From assembly GCA_937973965.1 (NCBI GenBank), contig CALJJQ010000031.1, positions 33,635 through 97,634 of the forward strand: a stretch of 64,000 nucleotides of DNA, in the 5' to 3' direction. This document shows positions 38,340-46,475 of this stretch, piece after piece; the first letter of the stretch is position 1, and the number at the start of each line of letters is the position of its first letter. Both the position numbers and the translations under genes were made by a program. The DNA is from an uncultured Calothrix sp. (GTDB taxonomy: Bacteria > Cyanobacteriota > Cyanobacteriia > Cyanobacteriales > Nostocaceae). The notes beneath the pieces were generated by a model. The model saw only the letters and a program-made list of their open reading frames with translations. It ran no database searches and was not told the origin of the DNA.

Positions 38340-41301
38340 CGGTGGCAAGTTTTTTCGATACTTCATAGGCTCCATATTGATTTAGATGACTGGGGTCTGA
38401 GAAAAATTGATTTTGGGTGGGAAAAAGTAAACTTAAATCGCGAAAAATAAAGTGGGAGTTTTCACTGGCTATTTGCAACATGTATTGCTGAAATTCCTGT
38501 TCGTGGATTGTACGATATTGATCTAGATATTCATTGCTTAAGGGCATATTGACAAATACGAGGGAAATTTTTTGAGTATTGGCAAATTGTAAAATTGCCT
38601 GTAGGGCTGCGTCCTGTTGTCCTGATAACAGAAAAGATTTATAGTCATTGTCGTAGTTACCGGGAACGCGAGGATGTTTTTGATAGTAGGTTGAGGGGTC
38701 GAAGCGGTCGGATAGGGCTAAGAATCCGTCAAAATCTACGGTTTGATTGGCTGCTAATGGGGAATCTGGGGAGTTAGATGCAGGATTATTGGCACTCAAA
38801 GCGGGGAAAAATTTGATTTGGTCGGTAATTAAGCGTTTCAACTCTTGACGATGGGGATAGGTGGCAAATAGGTTACTTACCCGTGCATTTAACCAGTTAT
38901 TGGCGATTTGATAGCTATTACTGTGATTTTTTGCTGGTTGACTGGTAAGCTCGGCTGTATCTGATGTTTGTTCACCTTGGTTACGTTTAATGGCTTGTTC
39001 AATGGCATACTGATAACCAGGGGATGCCGCGATCGCATTAAATGTTAAATCATCCCGACCGCTATTAAAAGCCCGCGCTCCATCTGCCCAAATAATCATT
39101 TTTGGTAGTTCTTCCTGGGCAAGAACTTGACGTAAAATAAAGTCAACTACTTGGGCTGTCGCACCGTTAATCCCAAAGTTAAAAATATTCAGTTGACTGT
39201 AACCTTGATTCTTGAGGGATTTGCTTAAGGCATCTGGGTCTACTCCCCGTAAGGCTCGTGAAGAACCGATAATCAATACATCCGGGGGATTACCCCACTC
39301 TTGAAGTCTCTGTTTATACAGAGCTAGCTGTTCATCTAGCTGACGAGCGTTGAAGGTGGGAATGGGCGATCGCGCTGCGAGTAAAATGGCTGTGGCGGTT
39401 CCATTACCTCTGGTGGGGTTGGTGGTTGTAAAGCCGGAGGCGTTAAATTCTGCGGAGGGGGAGTTGGTGGTAAATTGGTCTGGGTTGTTTGTTGGTGGGG
39501 GTGGAGTTGGACTAGTTACTTGGGTGAGGGGTGTGTCCGGTTTGGTTCGGGTGATTACGTAATGGAATAACCAATCGGTTTGCACTGTTAATAGTATGCC
39601 GAGGGTTCCCCATACAAGTAAAGTTAAATAATTAGAGGATGGGTAAGTAGTCTGACCCGGGGTGAGGGATTCGGCAAATAGTTGACTGCTGAGTAAAAAT
39701 TGGCGGATGCGATCGCCTATTTCTCGACTAGTTGTGGTGACGAAGGTTTGTAGGTCTTCTTTGGTTAAATCCGGACGGATGGTGGCTTCGGTATTGTCGG
39801 TTGGTAATAATTCCTGTACGTATGCTGATGTGGCGGCAAATTCTGGTGTTGGTTCGGGGACAATGACATCACGAGCTTGAAAATCAGTGCCGTAGTTCCA
39901 AAATGGCTCCTTACTACCAGCTCGACGACCGTAAATCCTGATACCAGCTATACCGGGGATGCGTAGTTCCCGTATCAGCTTACTAATTGGATGAACTACC
40001 TGTTTACGCTGGGGACAGATGGGAGCATCGCACATGATATGTAATAAATCGCCCCTGCGACTCAGTAAAACCCGAATTCCGCCAGTTTTTAAACGCCAAT
40101 CCAAATTCGGGTTAAGTAACCGCTCAATCAAAAATAAAATTGCTGGTTCATCACCACAGCTAGCAAGTTCCAAAACCGGTTGAGCCAAGTCAGGATGTTC
40201 TTTTGCAGGTAAAGATAACCAATCAATCCATGCTGGTGTATCATTAACTGCTTGGGTTTGTCCGTAGACAGTTGCAGCCGTTATGGCTTGGGGAGCAATG
40301 GATTCGAGGAATTTGCCAATAATTTCCAGACATCTTTGCTTAGGAGGAACATAGGTCGGATTTACACTACTGGCGGGGCTGCAAAAAATATGCAGAGTGG
40401 TATCCTTGAGGGTGACAGTTACTTTGGCTTGTAGGGTGGATAATTCCTGAGCTAACAACCGAGAAATTGCTTGTACATCACCCCACCGCGACCATTCCTT
40501 CAACATCCGTTCGGGAGGAGTTAAATCGATCCGCAATAACCAATCAGGTTTGGATTCCCCTTGCACTTGGTTAGCGATAATTGCATCCCCATAGCCAGTT
40601 AGATTCAGGTGACGCAATTTTGCCGCTACAGGTTCAGCAATTAACTGGGGGTCCGGACTGTAGGCAGATTGACAAAAAACCCACAACCGGAATTTATCTG
40701 GGTTTTGGGAAAAACGGGACTTGTGGGGGCGAATTTGCACCTGGACATCAATCCCCAAAGGGCTGAGAGTTTCGCTTAAATACCGCGCGATCGCCTCTGG
40801 TTTTCCTTGACGTGCCAAACTTTCATTCGACACAATCAAAGCCCCCCCCGGTTCAATTTGTGACCGATTCACCTTGACCAGGGCTTTTTCTACCTGTTCC
40901 AAATGGCGGTCAATTTGGTTAAGATAAACCCGGTGACACCATTGCGGTCGCTGTTCACCTTTTTTTCTGCCGTAGACAAATACTTGGTATATTGAGGGCT
41001 GCTCACGATTTTGGGTTTCCCCAACTTGATTGGCCTTGGTTAATGCATCCAAATCCGTCTGCTGTAGGGCTTTGAGTAAATCCGAGAGCATCTGCCAACG
41101 TTGGGGACATTCCACCGCTTCGCAAAGAATATGTAAATCATTGCCAAGCAATCTGATTTTCACCCCAAACGTATTTATACCCGTAGCTTGGCTGACCCAT
41201 TGTGCCAGGGATTGCTGAGTATCTGGAAGGACTGTTTTCATGGAAAATTGCATGACAGGACACGGGAAGGCAGAAAAATAAATAAAAGGGAATCCCCACA
41301 A
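38260..41301 (-). CDS. large membrane protein: four N-terminal repeat modules, one TM helix, P/T-rich linker, and a DltD/DUF1574-like C-terminal domain
   Basis: C-terminal part: LIIGSSRALRGVDP, FNFGINGATAQVV, MIIWADGARAFNSGRDD. TM helix: YLTLLVWGTLGILLTVQTDWLF. The real start is probably ATG 41253 or 41241 (MKTVLPDTQQ). Confidence 0.8.
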   Translation of the reverse strand: MWGFPFIYFSAFPCPVMQFSMKTVLPDTQQSLAQWVSQATGINTFGVKIRLLGNDLHILCEAVECPQRWQMLSDLLKALQQTDLDALTKANQVGETQNREQPSIYQVFVYGRKKGEQRPQWCHRVYLNQIDRHLEQVEKALVKVNRSQIEPGGALIVSNESLARQGKPEAIARYLSETLSPLGIDVQVQIRPHKSRFSQNPDKFRLWVFCQSAYSPDPQLIAEPVAAKLRHLNLTGYGDAIIANQVQGESKPDWLLRIDLTPPERMLKEWSRWGDVQAISRLLAQELSTLQAKVTVTLKDTTLHIFCSPASSVNPTYVPPKQRCLEIIGKFLESIAPQAITAATVYGQTQAVNDTPAWIDWLSLPAKEHPDLAQPVLELASCGDEPAILFLIERLLNPNLDWRLKTGGIRVLLSRRGDLLHIMCDAPICPQRKQVVHPISKLIRELRIPGIAGIRIYGRRAGSKEPFWNYGTDFQARDVIVPEPTPEFAATSAYVQELLPTDNTEATIRPDLTKEDLQTFVTTTSREIGDRIRQFLLSSQLFAESLTPGQTTYPSSNYLTLLVWGTLGILLTVQTDWLFHYVITRTKPDTPLTQVTSPTPPPPTNNPDQFTTNSPSAEFNASGFTTTNPTRGNGTATAILLAARSPIPTFNARQLDEQLALYKQRLQEWGNPPDVLIIGSSRALRGVDPDALSKSLKNQGYSQLNIFNFGINGATAQVVDFILRQVLAQEELPKMIIWADGARAFNSGRDDLTFNAIAASPGYQYAIEQAIKRNQGEQTSDTAELTSQPAKNHSNSYQIANNWLNARVSNLFATYPHRQELKRLITDQIKFFPALSANNPASNSPDSPLAANQTVDFDGFLALSDRFDPSTYYQKHPRVPGNYDNDYKSFLLSGQQDAALQAILQFANTQKISLVFVNMPLSNEYLDQYRTIHEQEFQQYMLQIASENSHFIFRDLSLLFPTQNQFFSDPSHLNQYGAYEVSKKLATDPMIPWKMKQRESGIGSRVKKANEQN

Positions 41302-41322
41302 TTAAAGTTTAGGAGCTTGAAT

Positions 41323-41550
41323 TTAGGAGGTTGTCACCTTTTGGGAATGAGGAAAGAATTTATACTTAAACCGATTATCCTCCGCCCTATTTTGGTCAAG
41401 GAACCTTAAATTTGAAGGATCGAGATCAAAACATAATCTTATAAACTGATTTTGGGATTCGTCCAACTCCCATTGGCGAACTTGTAAAATTGTCATCGAA
41501 TTCAACCGCGATAAATCCTGAATCACCAATAACTTGTAAACTAGAACCAT
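41323..41550 (-). CDS. possible small ORF (75 aa, or 57 aa from an internal ATG)
   Basis: It sits 4 nt after the ORF at 41555-41890 and 21 nt before the large ORF, on the same strand. No family recognised. Confidence 0.25.
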   Translation of the reverse strand: MVLVYKLLVIQDLSRLNSMTILQVRQWELDESQNQFIRLCFDLDPSNLRFLDQNRAEDNRFKYKFFPHSQKVTTS

Positions 41551-41554
41551 AGAA

Positions 41555-41890
41555 TTATCGTACTGTTTGAGAAATCATCCTACATTTTTTGGCGTGGGGA
41601 GAAACCTCAACAGTCAGTACAAATCCGATAGGAGTGAATATCACCGCAATGTCATCAATTAATCCTCCACCATCTTCGACTTCCATAATTCCCCAATTCT
41701 TGACCCCTCCTTCCTCCCTTCTACTGGGATTAGGGACGATTTGTCTATTAGGGGCAGTATTTTGCCAGAAAGCTGTGGGGGAGACAATCATTTCCTGTTC
41801 CCAAGCTAGTGAGGAAATTTTTCGCGGCGATCGCTTGCCAATTTTGCCATTTCCCTCGACAAATAGCACAAATGATGGTACTGATACCAC
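41555..41890 (-). CDS. possible small ORF (111 aa from GTG, 78 aa from ATG)
   Basis: The opposite strand is also open here (41589-41906), so coding status is ambiguous. No family recognised. Confidence 0.25.
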   Translation of the reverse strand: MVSVPSFVLFVEGNGKIGKRSPRKISSLAWEQEMIVSPTAFWQNTAPNRQIVPNPSRREEGGVKNWGIMEVEDGGGLIDDIAVIFTPIGFVLTVEVSPHAKKCRMISQTVR

Positions 41891-42042
41891 TTCGATAAAC
41901 CGTTAAATAGACTACATATAACTTTCAAATTTTACGCGCTCTACTCACCCTCCGCAATGCTTGCACTAGTTGACATTGAAATCATGATCCTGGGGCAGTG
42001 GTTGAGCATACCTACAAACACCCATTTTCGTGGCCAGCAGAT

Positions 42043-45000
42043 ATGAGTTCCCTTTTATACGATAATGAAATTGATTCTCCAGCAGTAAATATTGATCCCG
42101 AATTGGATTTATTTCTACGGCAGCGCCTACAAATTATGGAGGAACTGTGGGAAAAGGTATTACTGCAAGAATGCGGTCAGCAAATGGTCGATTTGTTACG
42201 TCAGTTGCGTGATTTATGCTCACCGGAGGGCCATGCTACGAATGAAAACGCGGCTTCGGTATTTAAATTGATTGAGCAGTTGGATATCAATGAGGCGATT
42301 CGAGCTTCGCGAGCATTTGCCCTGTATTTCCAGCTAATTAATATTATTGAGCAGGATTACGAACAACGGCAGCAAATGATGCGCTATAAGGTGGAACCGG
42401 AATCTCCGACCCACTATGGCCATCAACAGGTGGCTTTAGCAACTGCGGAAACTGTGGGTGCAAATAATAACAGTATTGGAGCCGAAATGCTAGCCAAAAG
42501 TTGGTATCATGCCAATTCTCCCAAAGATAAGGGTACTTTTGGCAGTTTGTTTCCCAAGTTATTCAAGCTAAATGTTCCTCCTAAACACATTCAACTTTTA
42601 ATCGATCAATTGGATGTGCGTTTAGTATTTACAGCCCATCCCACGGAAATTGTCCGCCATACGATTCGTGGTAAACAAAGACGGGTTGTCCAACTTCTCC
42701 AGCAATTAGATGCCTTAAATCATCCTTCGAGCTATGGTGGAGCTAGTTCTTGGCAAGTGGAAGAGATTCGATCTTTGTTATTGGAAGAAATTCGTCTGTG
42801 GTGGCGAACTGATGAGTTACACCAGTTTAAACCATCGGTCTTGGATGAAGTTGATTATGCGCTACATTACTTCCAAGAAGTGATTTTTGATGCGATTCCC
42901 CAGTTATATCGTCGGTTAAGCAAAACTTTACAGGCAACCTTTCCCTGGTTGGAACCTCCCCAGAAAAACTTTTGTAAATTCGGTTCCTGGGTGGGGGGCG
43001 ATCGCGATGGCAATCCCTCTGTAACTCCTGAAATTACCTGGGAAACAGCCTGCTACCAACGTCATTTAGTCCTGGAAAAATACATTCAATCAGTAAAATC
43101 GCTGCGAGAATTATTAAGTGTCTCCATGCACTGGAGTGATGTTCTCCCCGATTTACTGGAGTCCTTGGAATTTGATCAATCCCAACTGGGCAAAGTTTAC
43201 GAAGAATTAGCCCTACGTTACCGTCAGGAACCCTACCGTCTCAAACTCTCCTATATCCTCAAACGTTTAGAAAATACCCGTGATCGCAACTCTCTGCTGC
43301 AAAATGGTGAAATCCTCAAGGATGAGTTACGGGAATACTACCCTTCGGGTGATGATTTTTTAAACGAATTACGGTTAATCCAGCGCAACCTGACGGAAAC
43401 AGGTCTCAGTTGTCAACACTTAGAAAACTTAATTTGCCAAGTGGAAATTTTTGGGTTTAACTTGACCCAGTTAGATATTCGTCAAGAATCTTCCCGTCAT
43501 AGCGATGCTCTCAACGAAATTCTCACCTACCTAGGAATTCTTGACCGTTCATACAACGACCTCAGCGAAGCAGAACGCATATCCTGGTTAGTCAGCGAAC
43601 TCCAAACCCGTCGTCCCCTCATCCCAGCCGAATTACCCTTTAGCGATCGCACCAATGATGTCATTCAAACCATGCGAACCGTGCGATCGCTCCAGCAGGA
43701 ATTTGGTTACAACATTTGTCAAACCTACATTATCAGCATGTGTCGCGAAGTCAGCGACGTGTTAGAAGTACTATTGTTTGCGAAGGAAGCCGGTATTTTT
43801 GACCCCGGTACAGCCATCGGTTCCCTGCAAGTAGTCCCCCTATTTGAAACCGTGGAAGACCTGTTGCGATCGCGCAGTATCATGGCCCAATTATTCGATT
43901 TACCCCTGTATCGAGCTTTACTCGCAGGCGGATTTCCAGCCATCCACAACCAACCCGATGCACCGGTCTCCCCCCTCACTCCCAACCTCCAAGAAGTCAT
44001 GTTGGGATACTCCGACAGCAATAAGGACTCCGGCTTTTTAAGTAGTAACTGGGAAATTCATAAAGCCCAAAAATCCCTCCAGGAAATAGCTGAAGCACAT
44101 GGTATTAATCTACGCATATTCCACGGACGTGGTGGTTCCGTGGGTCGCGGTGGTGGGCCAGCCTACGAAGCGATTTTAGCCCAACCAGGTCACAGCATCA
44201 ATGGACGCATTAAAATCACCGAACAAGGGGAAGTATTAGCATCCAAATACTCACTACGAGATTTAGCCCTGTACAACCTAGAAACCATCACTACCGCAGT
44301 TATCCAAGCGAGCTTACTACGTAACGGCTTCGATAACATCGAACCCTGGAACGAAATCATGGAAGAACTCGCCGTGCGATCGCGCCAACATTATCGTAAC
44401 CTGATTTACGAACAACCCGATTTTATTGACTTTTTCCACCAAGTCACCCCCATAGAAGAAATCAGCCAACTACAAATTAGTTCCCGTCCTGCTCGTCGTC
44501 CCTCTGGTCACAAAAATATTAGCAGTCTCCGAGCTATTCCCTGGGTATTTAGCTGGACACAAACCCGTTTTCTCCTCCCCTCCTGGTATGGAATGGGAAC
44601 CGCCATGCAGGAATTTCTCAACGAAAACCCAGAAGAAAACCTGCAATTATTACGTTCCTTTTACGTCAAATGGCCGTTTTTCAAAATGGTGATTTCCAAA
44701 GCCGAAATGACCCTAGCCAAGGTTGACCTACAAATGGCCCAACACTATGTCCAACAACTTTCCCAACCTGAAGACCGAGAACGGTTTGAGGCCTTATTCG
44801 CCCAAATTCGTCAAGAATATTACCTCATTCGTGATTTAGTCCTCAAAATCACCCAACACCAACGCTTGCTAGACGGCGACCCCACCCTCCAGCGTTCCGT
44901 ACAATTACGGAATGCAACAATTGTACCGTTAGGTTTTATTCAGGTAGCTCTCCTCAAACGTCTGCGAGCATCAAAACAAACCGTCACCACTGGAGTCATC

Positions 45001-45087
45001 CATTCCCGCTATAGCAAAGGTGAACTATTGCGTGGCGCACTTTTGACCATCAACGGTATTGCTGCGGGAATGCGCAACACTGGTTGA
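42043..45087 (+). CDS. ppc: phosphoenolpyruvate carboxylase
   Basis: [33 protein letters not shown], and a C-terminal ...GMRNTG. ATG 42043 fits cyanobacterial PEPC N-termini; the ORF is open from GTG 41998. Confidence 0.97.
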   Translation: MSSLLYDNEIDSPAVNIDPELDLFLRQRLQIMEELWEKVLLQECGQQMVDLLRQLRDLCSPEGHATNENAASVFKLIEQLDINEAIRASRAFALYFQLINIIEQDYEQRQQMMRYKVEPESPTHYGHQQVALATAETVGANNNSIGAEMLAKSWYHANSPKDKGTFGSLFPKLFKLNVPPKHIQLLIDQLDVRLVFTAHPTEIVRHTIRGKQRRVVQLLQQLDALNHPSSYGGASSWQVEEIRSLLLEEIRLWWRTDELHQFKPSVLDEVDYALHYFQEVIFDAIPQLYRRLSKTLQATFPWLEPPQKNFCKFGSWVGGDRDGNPSVTPEITWETACYQRHLVLEKYIQSVKSLRELLSVSMHWSDVLPDLLESLEFDQSQLGKVYEELALRYRQEPYRLKLSYILKRLENTRDRNSLLQNGEILKDELREYYPSGDDFLNELRLIQRNLTETGLSCQHLENLICQVEIFGFNLTQLDIRQESSRHSDALNEILTYLGILDRSYNDLSEAERISWLVSELQTRRPLIPAELPFSDRTNDVIQTMRTVRSLQQEFGYNICQTYIISMCREVSDVLEVLLFAKEAGIFDPGTAIGSLQVVPLFETVEDLLRSRSIMAQLFDLPLYRALLAGGFPAIHNQPDAPVSPLTPNLQEVMLGYSDSNKDSGFLSSNWEIHKAQKSLQEIAEAHGINLRIFHGRGGSVGRGGGPAYEAILAQPGHSINGRIKITEQGEVLASKYSLRDLALYNLETITTAVIQASLLRNGFDNIEPWNEIMEELAVRSRQHYRNLIYEQPDFIDFFHQVTPIEEISQLQISSRPARRPSGHKNISSLRAIPWVFSWTQTRFLLPSWYGMGTAMQEFLNENPEENLQLLRSFYVKWPFFKMVISKAEMTLAKVDLQMAQHYVQQLSQPEDRERFEALFAQIRQEYYLIRDLVLKITQHQRLLDGDPTLQRSVQLRNATIVPLGFIQVALLKRLRASKQTVTTGVIHSRYSKGELLRGALLTINGIAAGMRNTG

Positions 45088-45243
45088 TTTAGATTTGTAG
45101 TTGCGGTTTTAGCCCCGAAAAAGCGTTAAGATAAAAGCGCTCCTTGCACCTCACTCACAACCTATCCCCTGACTTGAAGGTGAGCGGGGAAAAGCCGCTT
45201 TCATACCTAGTACATGTAGGCTACTCCCATATACTTAAAACCA

Positions 45244-45462
45244 ATGTCTAATCACTTACCACACATCATCCCAGCACTACCACCCCAAGCAGAAGACGTA
45301 CTAGCAGCAGCCCAAATTACGCGAGAATATTATGCGGAGGTGCGTAGTCGAAACGAATTTGCTCAATACTGTCAATGGTATCATGCCACAGCGACCGCAA
45401 ACCGCCATGATTTGCAAAAAATGCGCGGCGAATTGAATATTTTTGCCTGGTTTCGCCGTTGA
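45244..45462 (+). CDS. small hypothetical protein
   Basis: 72-aa ORF with ordinary composition (…REYYAEVRSRNEFAQYCQWYHATA…). No family recognised. Confidence 0.5.
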   Translation: MSNHLPHIIPALPPQAEDVLAAAQITREYYAEVRSRNEFAQYCQWYHATATANRHDLQKMRGELNIFAWFRR

Positions 45463-45592
45463 TAATTACCACTTTTAGCTGGAGTGCTTTTAAATTTTCC
45501 CTACTTGCTTGATTTTCCCAAGCAAAACCTATCTTTGATATGATATTGTGATACTGGGACTTTCTTTCCAGTCCCAGAGTATGAAGGAAAAT

Positions 45593-45832
45593 CTAATTCG
45601 GTGAAGAAATCACTTCCAGTTCGTTTTCCCGTAGATGTGCTTTAAACTTTTTGCTATCAGCAAACTGAACTAGAATCGGGAAATTAGCGCTGACAGGTCT
45701 ACCTTGCCATTCATTCACAATACTGACCACCTCTCCCTCAAACCCTTGAATATTGAGGGGTTTACCACGGTGCTCCGGATGGTGGTAAACAACAATCGAA
45801 TCTTTCACACGAACGCGATCGCCTACTTTCAT
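45593..45832 (-). CDS. ftrV: ferredoxin-thioredoxin reductase variable subunit
   Basis: MKVGDRVRVKDSIVVYHHPEHRGKPLNIQGFEGEVVSIVNEWQGRPVSANFPILVQF...KFKAHLRENELE matches FtrV. The ORF is open to 45877. Confidence 0.88.
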   Translation of the reverse strand: MKVGDRVRVKDSIVVYHHPEHRGKPLNIQGFEGEVVSIVNEWQGRPVSANFPILVQFADSKKFKAHLRENELEVISSPN

Positions 45833-46342
45833 ACCGACACTAGAACCTATATTTTTCTGCTGTGTAAGTGTTTCCACACCCGTCCCTCACGCTAATTGAC
45901 TAATTGATTTGATGATTCTGGCTGAAACAACTGGCCATGACTTTGTTGCAAGATTGATTGAAATCAAAACTAACTGACTATTGATAATTGATAATGCAGC
46001 AATTTTGATCGGGTACAGAATCAAGATGAAAATTATAGACTGGATATCAGCATTCTAAATTTTTTTAAATTTAATCACTGTACCTTCTGAAATATGCCTG
46101 AATTGCCAGCAGCTTGATTGATTACAACCAAACCTAAATCTATCAGTCTGGGAAAGCAGATTGAACTAGAAGTCGTATATTCAGGAATACAAACCGTAGT
46201 TCAACCGCATTTTCTCCAACAGACAAGACACGACAACCATAACCAGATTTGAGATTAGACCATAATTTTTATCTTCGCCCTAAATGTACAACAGGTCAAT
46301 CCACAAATTGATATCCTCATCATAAGTATCGGAATATTGATT

Positions 46343-46466
46343 ATACTTTACACTGTCAATAGGCGGGCTTTTCGCTGGGGATAGTTCATGGGCAATCTCC
46401 CTACCTCTACCCGTCAACTGTCAACTGTCAACAAACTAACAGGAAAAAATATCAGGGTGTAAAGTA
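46343..46466 (+). mobile_element. second member of the same TIR-bounded family, with a different heptamer core
   Basis: ATACTTTACAC...GTGTAAAGTA. Shares TCAAT.G.GGGCTTTTCG and CAACTGTCAACAAAC.AA.AGG.AAA.ATATCA with the reverse complement of 17976-18108. Ends 9 nt from the stop of the 859-aa gene. Confidence 0.65.
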
Positions 46467-46475
46467 CAATTACAA

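Noticed and set aside
38143-38385. 80-aa + strand ORF; similarly 13083-13334 (83 aa)
   Set aside because: Both are read through GATTTTG/A heptamer arrays and the tandem duplication, giving a repetitive FRFWI/LDFG sequence. The first also lies antisense to the real 3' end of the 1013-aa gene.
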